Part shown: positions 1-11,858 of the stretch, one piece after another
How positions within the stretch are numbered: position 1 is the stretch's first letter
How the letters are laid out: the number at the start of each line of letters is the position of its first letter
Source: Felis catus
Taxonomy: Eukaryota
Assembly: GCF_018350175.1 (NCBI RefSeq)
Contig: NC_058368.1
Coordinates: 23,004,001 to 23,068,000, forward strand
Reading direction: 5' to 3'
DNA: 64,000 nucleotides
Translations under genes and position numbers: made by a program
Notes under the pieces: model-generated
What the model was told of the DNA's origin: nothing
Database searches by the model: none
The model's input: only the letters and a program-made list of their open reading frames with translations

Positions 1-661
1 CAGAGCAGTTTGCAATAATAATTTTCCATGAAAATGATAATTTGTGAATTTGTCTTCTTTCTGGTTATTAACAGTAACTTACTTTCACAGTTACCATGGC
101 TTTTACCTCAACCAACTAGAATACAGATTTACCTTCTTGCCTACAGTCTTCATTTTCCTTTGTCATAGGACATGAAATATAATTATAGAATATACAATTT
201 TGTAATAACTTCATTTTCTTTTCCTCTTCAACTTAAATTCTCTTTCTGGAAACAATTGAAAGAATTTTGTTAAATACTTTTTATGCACAGATATAGGTTG
301 GGGAGAGTATAAACTAGAAGATCCATAGACTGTCCCCTCAAGTACCTTATGATCTTTTTAGGAAAAAAAAAAAAATCTAGACGAAGTGAAAAGTTAAGTG
401 GCCAGAAAAGAGTTTGAGTGAAAAATGTACTCTTAGGAAATAATTCCAAGTGGTGTAAAGTTTCTGTTAAGATCTCTAGGAAATGAGATTTTTAAGAAAT
501 GTGTGAATCTTAAAGAAAGGTTATGTTATTTTCTGATTGATATTATTGTTTTTAACAGAACAAAGCCAACTAACAGATCTCACTAAATAAATAATGCAGG
601 AAAAAACATTTTTTTAGAATTCAAGAAGCCAGAATTTGCCATTCATATGCTATGGGAAAGT

Positions 662-708
662 TGTGTGTGTGTGTGTGTGTATGTGCATGTGTGTGTATGT
701 GTATGTGT
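662..708. repeat. (TG)n imperfect microsatellite
   Basis: tgtgtgtg...gtatgtgtatgtgt run. Confidence 0.9.
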
Positions 709-959
709 CCACACTTGTCTAGCGAGTATTTTGGGTGAGCTAGAAGGAAGAAGAGAGAGACTGAGGGAGGAGAAACTGGACAAGAATCCAGGCACCCACT
801 CCTGCAGCTGTCATATCGAATTTGTGTCACATAGAATGAAAAATTTCTTAGCTGTCACACATGTGACAGAACCACTGAAAGTGCATGAGGTCATGGAACT
901 ACATCTACTCACCATCTGGTGGAGCCTCTGATAGTAGTAATTTTCCATGTTTATTTTCG

Positions 960-1500
960 TGAATTTATTCATCTAGTAAATATTTATCAAGCCTCTACCA
1001 TGCGGGTACTCAGGGATCCAGGGGAAACCTTTATAGACATAAACTCTGCCTTCATGAAGCTTACAAGCTGGTTGGGAGGTAGACAGGAAATATTGCTCAG
1101 ATATAAAATTACAAACTAGGAAGGAATTGATGTAGAGCTACAAAGGGAGTAATGGGGGACTCAAGGACAGCTTCCCTGAAGAGATGACATTTGAACTGAG
1201 CTCAAAAAGATGAGTGGGAATTAATACGTTGAAAAGTCAAAGAAAACGGCATGTGGAAAAGCTCAAGCAGGAGGGAGCAATAAATGTGAGGAACTAAAAA
1301 AAAAAAAAAAAATTGGAACACAGCACAGGAGGAAGGTAGCACGAGGTGGGACTGGAAAGTCTGGCAAGGACAAGGGCGTACAGGTGAGACAGGGAAGGGC
1401 TTTCAATAAAAGAAAGCCACCATGAGATTTCCTGACTGCCGTGTGGAGAGTTGAAAAGAGGAAAACATGGACAAGAGGAGACCAGTTAGGAGGCCACTGC
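960..1500 (-). mobile_element. L2 LINE 3' fragment (ancient)
   Basis: Typical antisense L2 text: attcat..aaatatttat..gcctctaccatg, gaagagatgacatttgaactgag, gagaccagttaggaggc. Confidence 0.65.
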
Positions 1501-1520
1501 ATGTCTGCATGATGTGGTAA

Positions 1521-2644
1521 GAATATCTTCATGTTCTCTCATCTGGACCTCCAACCCCAAGATCTGGAGGATGGGCCTCACCAGGAGAAAGCTCTTCAGG
1601 AGAGCCCCCTGCCACCAAGTCAGCCCTTGTACTCACTAGCAGGGGGTCTTTCCGGACGATGACGTCCATCCACTGCTGCACCCAAATCTCTGATGAACTG
1701 TGTGAGATGCAAGAGTTCTGGTTAAGGATTGCAGGGAACACAGTGCTTAAGATCAAATGGCCAGAAATAAGACAGAGACCCCTGCGGGTGGAGCTGAAAC
1801 CATTTGATAGAGACAAAGCTGGGCCCCCTATGGGTGATGATGCTGGGCTGCACTGATTCACTCCTGGGTGTCGGGTTTAGAGGATAGAATCCTCTGAGAT
1901 GGAGGCGTAGGGATGTCAGTCTTGAGTACTTGAGATCCCAAAATAAAGGAAACTTGAACTGATGTCAAACTTTCACTCTACCTGGTTTCATTGCTTGGTT
2001 GAGTTCGGGGAGTTACTGCCACTGCTGTGGATGGGATCCAATAATTACTCCTGAAATTAGTCACATGGCAAAGTTTGTGCCAACCTCTGTTTGGGTGAAG
2101 GAGATGGAAGTTATAGAATGCTGGTGAATGAAACTATGGACTGTTTATCAGTTCTGGTGGATCACTGAACTCCTGAGGAACCTAAGTAAAGGGTTCCATC
2201 AGGGGCTCTAGTTATGTTTATAGGAAGCCAACAATGTTCCTTTCACTCCAACAGAAGATTGATTGTATGTGAGACTCTGGCCACAGCTGTAAGATACAGG
2301 GCCACCTGTTAGCTAAATAAAGGAATCTGGGAGTATTCAACTGCTCAGGGCTCTCTCTAGGGTTTAGCTATTAGCAGATCAGGAAGCCTTATGTCAAAAC
2401 TATGGAGCCTGTGGACAAGTCTTTTCTTTGTGCCAACAGAGTTTTTCCAGCATGTAGGGTGCCTAGATATGTGATTAGATTCTCCACAGTTTCACCCAGG
2501 AGAAACCTAGGAGTTGGCAGATAGCATAAGTCCCAGCAAGAAGCAAGAACTGACAGCATGGAAAGGAGGTATCATAGGCAGAAGCAAGTGGCAAGTGCAG
2601 TCTGTTTAAAAAGGAGAAGAGAGGAGTACTACAGAACGCTCTGA
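1521..2644 (+). pseudogene. Degenerate ZCCHC3-like / Tx1-clade ORF1p fossil with three CCHC knuckles
   Basis: Hand-stitched frames give, in order: GNTVLKIKW (1734), VLEIPK*RKLE-DV-FHS (1926-1979), MAKFVPTS (2065), NETMD (2127), VMFIGSQQC (2211), GSIQL (2329), GFSY-ADQEAL (2360-2391), then CX2CX4HX4C remnants at 2392-2433, 2446-2485 and 2501-2542. Multiple stops and frameshifts. Confidence 0.75.
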
Positions 2645-3331
2645 GCAAAGGTCAATAATCAACACAACACAGTTTCAATCCTCCATAGCCTACCCTCTAG
2701 ATTCAACTGAATTAACCACTTTTAACACCAGGTGTTTTGAAAAATAAAAGACCCAAAATCTATAAAACCCAAAATCTAGAAAAGGGATCAACACCTTTTT
2801 AACATTCCACTTGTTACTGAGGTTGTTACTCAGGTTGTTACTGAGGGCTCAATCAGATTTAAAACCAAGAAGGGGGATGGAGTATTGAGACAATGACTTC
2901 CTCTGTCCAATTTCCTTCCCTGGGGGTTCCTTCAAGGAAGGAACCCTACTATGTACCACATTTGAGTCAGCTTTTATATTTATGTATTTAAATGGCCTTT
3001 CATTTAGCTTTCGACCCCATAAGTCAGTGCTAAATTTCAAGAATCTCTGTAATTGCTTTTTTGGGGGGGACGGGGTGGGGGGGCAGATGTCCAGCCTGCA
3101 AAATTTTAATTAGAAGCTAGAGGGAGATAAAGGACCATAAATTGGTTTGCAGCTACATGACTGTCTGACAAATAGCATAAGTACATGCATTATAGTAGGA
3201 TACATCTATCAATTGTATATTTCTGTGTTTGATTTTAAGATTACACATCTCTTATTTAAAATAAATCTTAGTCCAATTGAAGTAATAGCACATGTTAATT
3301 TATTTTTTAATTTGATAAAATTACCCAATTT

Positions 3332-3575
3332 GGAGGGTCCCTGGGTGGCTCTTGATTTTGGCTCAGGTCATTATCTGACCTGAGTCTTGATTTTGGCTCA
3401 GGTCATTATCTCACAGTTTGTTGAATTCGAGCCCCACACTGAGCTCTATGCTGACAGCGTGAGCCGGCTTGGTATTCTCTCTCCCCCTCTCTTTCTGCCC
3501 CCTACCCACTAGTGCTCACTCGCGCTCGCTCTCTCTCTCTTTCTCCCTCTCAAAATAAATAAACATTTAAAAAAT
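3332..3575 (+). mobile_element. CanSINE with internal duplication/inversion
   Basis: ctgggtggct head, ttcgagcccc B-box region, (CT)n and A-rich tail; a 27-nt segment is duplicated. Confidence 0.9.
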
Positions 3576-3619
3576 GTTTTTAATTTACCAAATTTTTCTA
3601 AATCTTCAAAACTATATGG

Positions 3620-3760
3620 CAGTGATTTTCAAAGTATAGTCCTGAATCAGCAGCATTAGCATTACTTGGGGATTATTAGAAATGCAAATTCTCAGGTCGC
3701 ACCTCAGACCTACTTGATCAAAAACTCTGGGGTGGTCTGTGTTTTAACAAGTTTTCCAGA
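3620..3760. mobile_element. MER5A-like hAT-Charlie MITE
   Basis: cagtgattttcaaagt...cagcagcattagcattacttgg...ttagaaatgcaaattctcagg...cagacctact...gttttaacaag. Confidence 0.75.
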
Positions 3761-6700
3761 ATGAACTCTAGTAGGATAAATGCAAAGAGACCCACACACC
3801 CAGACACATCAAAATGCTGAAAGCCAAAAACAGAGAAAATCTTGAAGGCAGCAAGAAAAAAATGACTCAGCACATACAAGAGAATCTCAGTAAGATTAAC
3901 AGCTGATTAAAAGCCAGAGAGTAGTGGGATGACATATTCAAAGTGCTGAAAAGACAAAAGTGTCAACCTAGGGTCTTATATCCAGCAAAATTATCTTTCA
4001 AATGTGGAGATGGATTAATGACATTTCTAGAGAAATAACAGAGAATTCCTTGCTAACAGACCACCATACAAGAAATACTAAGGACTGTCTTCAGGCTGAA
4101 AGCAAGTGACAACAGACAGCAATTAAAATCCACAAAGAAAAACAAAAAGTACCAGTAAACATATTATCTCCTTTCCATTTTAACTGAGTTAAAAGTAATT
4201 TAATAAAACAATATGTATATAAATATACTGTTGTGTATATAACATACAGAAATATAATAAACTTGACAGTAACATCACAGAGGAGGTGGGTAGGAGCAAA
4301 GCTGTATGGGAGTAAAGAAATGACACCAGGTGGAACTTGAATCCACAGGAACAAATGAAAAGAACCAGAAATAGTAAAAGAGAGATTCTCTAAGAGACAT
4401 AAAACTATATACAAAGTAATGATTATAACAATGTACAATTGAATTTGTAACATACATAATAAATGTTTAATAATAATAGCCCAGATGGGAGAACAAATCA
4501 AACTTGATAGGAGTAATGTTTTATATCTTTATATGCTTTATAGAACCAGAAATAAGCTAGCGCATATTTGAAGTAGATTCTAACAAGATGTGTAAACACT
4601 AGAGCTACTACTAGAAAATAATGCAAAAATAGACAGTGAAAAATATTAAAGGAATTAAAATGTTACCCTAGAAAATTCCAATTAATGCAAAAGACAGCAA
4701 TAAAAGAGGAAGAGAGGAAGAAAAAAAGACATGAGATGTATAGAAAACAAAAAGAAAATGCCAGATGTAAATCCAACTATACCCGATAATGATACTAAAT
4801 GTGAATAGATTAAACTAGTCAAAGGCAGAGACTGTCAGATCGGATAAAAATCAAAATGTAACAATTCCCTGTCCACAGGACACTTTCAGTTCAAGATACA
4901 GATAGGCTGAAAGGAAAAGGATGGAAAAAGCTATATCATGCAAACCACAACCATAGGAAAACTGGAGTGGCTATGTTAATATCAGACAAAAGAGACTTTA
5001 ACCAAAATTATTTAGTATTGATAAAAAGAACAATTTTGTAATGATAAAAGGGTCAATGTATTAGGAAGATTTAGTAACTGTTAACCTGCATGTTTCTAAT
5101 CGTAGAGCCCCAAAATTCATGAAGCAAAAACTGAAACAATTATAGGGAGAAATAGCCAATTCAATAATAGTTGGAATCTTCAATATCCCACTTTTCAGTA
5201 TAAACAGAACAACTAGATAGCATGGAAACAGAAGACTAGAAGAACTCTACAAACCAACTCATTCTTTTTTTTCTTTTTTAGAGAGAAAGAGGGCATGCAC
5301 ATGCACACAAGCAGGGGAGGGGCATAGGGAAAGGGGGAGAGAATCTTAGCAGGCTCCATGTTTAGCACAGAGCCTGATGCAGGGCTCAAACCCAGGATCC
5401 TGGGATCATGACCTGAGTTGAAATCAAGAGTTGGACGCTCAACCAACTGAGCTACCCAGTTGCCCCTAAACCAACGAGTTCTAACACATCTATAGAATCC
5501 ATCCCAGCAAGAGAACGCATATTCTTCTCCAGATCACATGGAACATTCTTCAGAACAGATCGTATTCTAGGCCATAATACAAACTCATTAAATTTAGAAT
5601 GATTGAAATCACACAAACTATGTTCTCCAACCATAATGGAATGAAAATAGAAATCAGTCCAGAAAGAAATTGAAGATATTAAAATTATACAACACTCATC
5701 AAAGAAATCATACATACAAAACATATATAATATGTATACATATATAATCTATATATATAAGCCAAATAAGAAATCATAAGAAAAATTAGAAAATACCTTA
5801 AAATGAATGAAAACTCATACCAAAATTTATGGGATGCAGCAGAAGCTATGATTAGAGGGAATTTATAGCTTTAAATGCCTATATTAAAAAAAAAAAAGAA
5901 AAATCTGAAATCAAAGCCTAATGTCCCACCTTCAGATATTGGCAAAAGAGCACATGAAACTTAAACCATACATTAGCCACAAGAGAAATACAAATAAAAA
6001 CCAGACTAAGATATCACTAAGATGCCTGTAATCAAAAAGTCAGAAAATAACAAGTGTTAGGGAGGGTATGGAGAAACTGGAACCCACTACAATGCTGGTG
6101 GAAATATAAAATGGTACAGCTGCTTTGGATAACATTCTGGCAGTTCCTCAGAAAGTTAAACATAGTTACCCCACGGCCCAGAAATTCAACTCCTAGGTAT
6201 ATACCCAAGGGAAATGAAAACATATGTTTATGCAAAACCTTATACCCTAGGGAAATGAAAACATATGTTTATGTAAAACTGTATACACAAATGTTCATAG
6301 AAGCATTATTCATCAAAGGCAAAAGTGGAAACAACCCAAATGTCTATCAACTGATGAACAGATACATAAATTTTGTATAACCATACCACGTAATAGTATT
6401 GAGTAATAGAAAGGAATGAATAGATACAACATGGATGAACTTTGAAAACATTATGCTGAGTGAAGAAGTCAGACACAAAATGACACATATTACATGATTC
6501 CATTATGTAAATATACAGATTAGACAAATCCATAGAGATGGAAAGTAGATTGGTATTTGCCTACGGCTGGGAGGGCAGTTGGGGGAAAATGAGGACTGAC
6601 TGCTAACATGTATAGGATTTCCTTTTGGCATAATGAAAATGTTCTAAAATTCATTGTTTTGCCACAATGGCTGCACAACTGTGAATATGCTAAAAAACAC
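3760..6700 (+). mobile_element. Old L1 (L1M-type): ORF1 end, ORF2 endonuclease remnants and 3' end, interrupted by a SINE
   Basis: gacatattcaaagtgctgaaa, tatccagcaaaattatctttcaa, ctatgttaatatcagacaaaagagacttt, ggagaaactggaaccc, gaagtcagacacaaaa; A-rich plus strand. Confidence 0.85.
5270..5466 (-). mobile_element. CanSINE
   Basis: Reverse-complement SINE head (ctgagctacccagttgcccc) and T-rich tail. Confidence 0.9.
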
Positions 6701-6708
6701 TGAATTTT

Positions 6709-6934
6709 GGGGCGCCTGGGTGGCTCAGTCGGTTAAGCGTCCGACTTCGGCTCAGGTCATGATCTCGCGGTCCATGAGTTCCAGTCCCGCGTCAGGCTCT
6801 GTGCTGACAGCTCAGAGCCTGGAGCCTGTTTCAGATTCTGTGTCTCCCTCTCTCTATGACCCTCCCCTGTTCATGCTCTGTCTCTGTCTGTCTCAAAAAT
6901 AAACAAACGTTAAAAAAAATTTTTTTTAATTAAA
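6709..6934 (+). mobile_element. CanSINE (felid SINEC_Fc-type)
   Basis: ggggcgcctgggtggctcagtcggttaagcgtccgacttcggctcaggtcatgatc; TSD aaaaaacactgaatttt on both sides. Confidence 0.95.
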
Positions 6935-7289
6935 AAAAAACACTGAATTTTATGATGTGTATGCATTGTATGATCTATGAATTACATCTCAACAAAGCTA
7001 TTACTTAAAAGTTAGACAAATTCAGCAATTTAACTGTACATTCTTAGTAAGATACACTTTAAGGACAAGTGAACTAAGAAAATATTTTGTAAACTGTTTT
7101 CAGTAATCATATTGTGGACAGCAGTGTTGCTATTGTTATGCTGAGGTGTGTATGCATCGTGACAATAAAGTGAAGCATGGGACAAAGGTCTACAGATGTA
7201 AGATCAATTAAGTTAAATAAAACTCCTGCATTGGCAGTATCAAAATGAATTAATGTTTTGTTATCTTTTATATTAGACTGACTGTATAC

Positions 7290-7405
7290 AAATATATGCA
7301 TATTTATACACATAGAGCATGTGTATATACACACATATATATGTTGTGTGTGTGCATATATATATATATATGTGCATACATATGGCATATATATGATATA
7401 TATTT
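7290..7405. repeat. (TA/CA/TG)n compound low-complexity repeat
   Basis: Alternating purine-pyrimidine tract. Confidence 0.85.
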
Positions 7406-7687
7406 ATCAGTCCATTGAAAAGGTCTAGAAATAATGGCAAACCTAATAGCAACGAATATATCTTATGCCCCAAGTTGTAATCTCTACATATCATTTCTCA
7501 GGAAAATGAATCAGAGCTCCTCAGAAATTGGCTGATTCCTGATCTGGAGAAGAAAATGTTAAAAACAAGCCTGGAATAGCTTGTCATTTCAGATTGCAAG
7601 AAGGCTATCAAAGATCAAAGATTAATGATTATTTCAAAAGGAGTCAAGAGTTAAACTGAAGAGGCTCCCAGTAGAAAAGATGGGACA

Positions 7688-7902
7688 GGGGCGCTTGGGT
7701 GGCTCAGTCGGTTGAGTGTCCGACTTCAGCTCAGGTCATGATCTCACACTCCGTGAGTTCTAGCCACGCGTCAGGCTCTGTGCGACAGCTCGGAGCCCGG
7801 AGCCTGCTTCGGATTCTGTGTCTCCCTCTCTCTCTGCCCCTCCCCGGCTCATGCTCTGTCTCTCTCAGTCTCAAAAATAAATAAAACATTAAAAAAAAAA
7901 AA
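7688..7902 (+). mobile_element. CanSINE
   Basis: Canonical head, (CT)n, poly(A); imperfect TSD agaaaaga..ggaca. Confidence 0.93.
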
Positions 7903-8656
7903 AGAAAAGACAGGACAATGTGAGCACATATGAAATTAATAACAAATGAATTGAAGTACATAAAACATTTTTTCATAAGTTCATGATAGGTTTATAATAA
8001 AACAAACAAAAAAAGGTGCATTTGTCACTATTGGAGAATACTAGGGAAACTCGTTATTTTGAAAATTGTTAAATTAAGAATAAGAATCTAATATTTGTGT
8101 TATTTTTCTTATATGAACTTATAAACTAAGATATTAGTTAGTTGATAATGAGAAGTTTCACCATTCAGAATTTTTCCAGTAAATAAGGGAAGAGAGAATG
8201 AGTGAATTAGAATATCACTTGTTTATAACCCTTATGAATGGATACAAATAATTATTGTTCAGTGATGGTTAACATCACAACAAAAAGACAACCAGATATG
8301 TACTTCCTGATGTGCCTATAATACCTATGAAGTTTGTTGCCAAAAACATTGAGCCAAAATCAAACTACACCTTTAGAGTCAGCTACCAGTTTAGAGAAAA
8401 TGCAAGGAAGAGAAACAGAAGAATCTGTTAAGTAAAACCACAAGGATGCAGTTAACAGAAGCCAGTCTTCAAGAAAAATAACCCAGTGTCTTCAATAAAT
8501 TGCAAGGAAAAAATAAGTGGGTGGGGGAGAGAAAAAAAAGGGAAGAACTTATAGATTAAAACATGTAAAAGTCTTACTTCACACCGTGTACAAAAACTAA
8601 CTAAAGATGGTTCAAGCACCAAACATAAGAGCTCAAAGTATAAAATGCTTAGAAGA

Positions 8657-8875
8657 GGGGTGCTTGGGTGGCTCAGTCAGTTAAGCGTTCAACTCTTCAT
8701 TTCAGCTCAGGTGATATTCACAGCGTCGTGGGATCAAGCCCTACATTGGGCTCTGTGCTGAACATGCAGCCTGTCCAAGATTTTCTCTCTCTCACTCTTT
8801 TTCTCTCCCTCTACCCCACTTCCCAGCTCGTGCATGTGCTCTCTCTCCAAAATAAAAATAATAAATAAATTTTTT
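8657..8875 (+). mobile_element. CanSINE
   Basis: SINE head and tail; TSD tgcttagaaga. Confidence 0.9.
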
Positions 8876-9159
8876 AAGTGCTTAGAAGAAAACATATGGG
8901 AAAAGCTTCATGACATTGGATTTGGCAGTGATATGTTGGATATAATACCAAAAGCACAGACCACAAAAGTAAAAATAGGAAAATTGGACCACATCAAAAT
9001 TTAAAACAGTGCATCAAGACACAATTATATTGAGAAGTTAGTCCATGGAATGGGAGAAAATATTTGCAAATTGTTATATGATAAAGAGTTAACGTTCAGA
9101 ACATATAAAGAACTCCTATAACCTAAAACTAAAAAACCTGTTTAAAAAATGGGCAAAAG

Positions 9160-9382
9160 GGGGCACCTGGGTGGCTCGGTCAGTTGTGTGTCTGACTTCG
9201 GCTCAGGTCATGATCTCGCTGTCCGTGGGTTTGGGCCCCACATCGGGCTCTGTGCTGACAGCTCAGAGCCTGGAGCCTGCTTCGGATTCTGTGTCTCCCT
9301 TTCTCTCTGCCCTTTACTGCTCATTCTCATGCTCTGTCTCTCTCTTTCAGGAATAAACATTAAAAAATATATGTTTTTTTTT
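9160..9382 (+). mobile_element. CanSINE
   Basis: SINE head and tail; TSD aaatgggcaaaagg. Confidence 0.92.
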
Positions 9383-11858
9383 AAATGGGCAAAAGGATTT
9401 GAATAGACATCTCTCCAAAGAAGATATACAAATGGCCAAGAAACACATGAAAAGATGCTCACCACTAGTCATTAGGGAAATGCAAATCAAAATTACAATG
9501 AGATACCACCTCATACCCATTAGTATGGCTACTATTAAAACAAAGAAAAACTCATGAATAACCGAAAATAACAAGAGTTGGCAAAGATGTGAGAAACTGG
9601 AACTCTTGTGCACTGTTGCTGGGAATGTAAAATGGCACACCGTTAAGGAAAATGGTGTGGTGTTTCCTTATAAAGGTAAAATAAAAATAAAAAATAAAAA
9701 ATAAAGGAAAAAAAAATAGGATCTAGTAATACCATTTCCGGGTACACATCCAGAGGAATTGAAAGCAGGTCTCAAAAATATACTTATATATGCACATTAT
9801 AGAAGCATTACTCAAAACAGCCAAGAGGTGGAAGGAACCCAAGTGTCCAACAACAGATGACTAGATAAACAAAATGTGGTACGCACATATAATAGAATAT
9901 TATTCAACCTTAAAAAGGAAATTCTGACACATGCTACAACATGGATAAATTTTGAGAACATTATTGCTGAGTGCAATAAGCCAGTCACAAAACGATATAT
10001 ACTATATGATTGCACTAATAATGAGGTACCTAGAGTGACCAAATTCAAGGAGACAAAGTAGAACAGTGGTTGCCAAGGGTCTAGGGAATGGGTGGTGGGA
10101 AATTGTTGTTTAACGGACATAAAGTTTCAGTTTTGCAATATACAAAGAGTTCTGGAGATAGGTAGTGGTGATGATTGTACAATAGTGTGAAGGTACCTAG
10201 CACTACTAAACTATACATGTAAAAATGGTTAAGATAGTAAACCTTATGTGTATTTTACCACAAGTAAATTAAAACAATTTTTTAAATTAAAAAAAAATTA
10301 ACAAACAGGCAATTGCAATGTGTGGATACTGATCCAAACATATAAACTTCAAAATAAAGAAAAAAACATTTATGAGACCCCAGGAAACTTCAATAGCAAG
10401 TGTATGTTTAATGAATTAAGTTATTTTTGTCCATTTTCCAGTTGTGATATGGTAGTGTGGTTGTCTTTTTTAAAAAAGACTCCTGTCTTTTAGAGATAAA
10501 TGTTAAAATATTTGTGATAAAATAATTAGATGTCTGGAATTTGCTTTACCATAGTCAGGGTTGGGAAGTAGATAGGGACAAACTAGACTGGTTATGAGTT
10601 GGTAATTGTGAAGTTAATTGATGGGTACTTCAAAGCTCCCTTTCCTCCACTGTGTATTTTTTAAAAACTTTGGTTTGAATGTTAATGGCACCTGATACTA
10701 TTCTTTACTAGTGGCTATGCATATAGGAAGGATACTACATTTATGCCAATTTATTCTCAGCCTACAATGACATGCTTGTTTTCAACCTTGTCTAGCAAAT
10801 CTGTTCCCTTCTGTCAAGTACCATGGAACTAAATAGTTCCCTGCATTCCAATTGCTTAAAAACCAGAATAAATAGCCATGTACCACATGGCACCATCAGT
10901 CCCTGTATGCAGTCCAGAAATATCATCAGAAAATGGGTGACTAATGCACATGTCTGTCTGCTGAAGGATATCCTGTAAGCCACAAACTGTCAAAAACCTG
11001 TGGACTGATTATTGCCCTACAAACAGGACAGCACTGGAGACACTGAGACTGATTTTTAGGTTAAATTTATCCACGAAGGAAACGTAGAGGCAATGTTTAT
11101 ACAAAATGGTAGGAAACTGGATACTAAACACATTATCTAGCTGCTTCAAACCATTGTCCCAAGGGCTTATTACTCAGCTCTTTCCTGCCATTTATTTCCA
11201 ACTTTTATGTTTGCATTTTAAGTTAGCATGATGAAAGATTTTGCTTCAATTTTCCCAAATGAGTTTTACATATTTCTACTTTTCTATATGCAAATATTTC
11301 TACTTTTAAAAAAGCACGATCAGTAATATTACAATCAAGCTTATTACTCTTCTACCTTTATTTTGGAATTAAACTATTCAGTGGTTCTAAAAGATACATT
11401 TATGTAAACTTTTCCTGAAGAGGATTAAAGAAAGTCTAGAAAATATAATCACCGTTTATTTCAAACGTGTTTTCTCTCCCTGTCTAAAGACAGGGCCCTT
11501 TGTATCCTGGCCCTCAGCTTTCATAATAGTAAGAAACCATTCTTGGCATATGTTTTACAACACTAGGACGTGCTTCTGAGTCTGTAAAATTAGTGGCCAC
11601 CCTAAGTGTAATGAAAAGATTGTTTAAACATTTCCTTCTGTTCATAGAGGGGAAAAATTGTTAAAATAGGTTAAATTCACACAAAGGCAATATACAACTG
11701 AAGGTTAAAGATGTTGAGTTCAACTCATACTTTGATGTCAAAGTAGTTGAGTTACCTGAGGAAAGGCACTGAACCCACTGGGGCTGTACTCTTCATTATA
11801 TATTGAAAATGTTCCAGAAGATGATCTTTAAAACACCTTCCAGTTCTAAAATACTGTG

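Larger units (their letters stand above)
8570..10290 (+). mobile_element. L1 (L1MA/MB-type) ORF2 C-terminus and 3' UTR, interrupted by two SINEs
   Basis: aaagcttcatgacattggatttggcagtgat, gaatagacatctctccaaagaagatatacaaatggcc, cattagggaaatgcaaatcaaaa, aaatggttaagatagtaaa. Confidence 0.9.

Noticed and set aside
1529..1861. Minus-strand 110-aa ORF with superficial resemblance to a retroviral Env TM region (RRGL..., PAILNQNSC)
   Set aside because: Motif spacing is wrong and there is no furin site or fusion peptide. It is the codon-aligned mirror of the plus-strand frame, which has much better collinear support as ZCCHC3/Tx1-like.
2228..2260. NNVPFTPTED, resembling the Tx1 ORF1 SNVPPF motif
   Set aside because: It overlaps the VMFIGSQQC motif in another frame and is out of order relative to NETMD; treated as coincidence.
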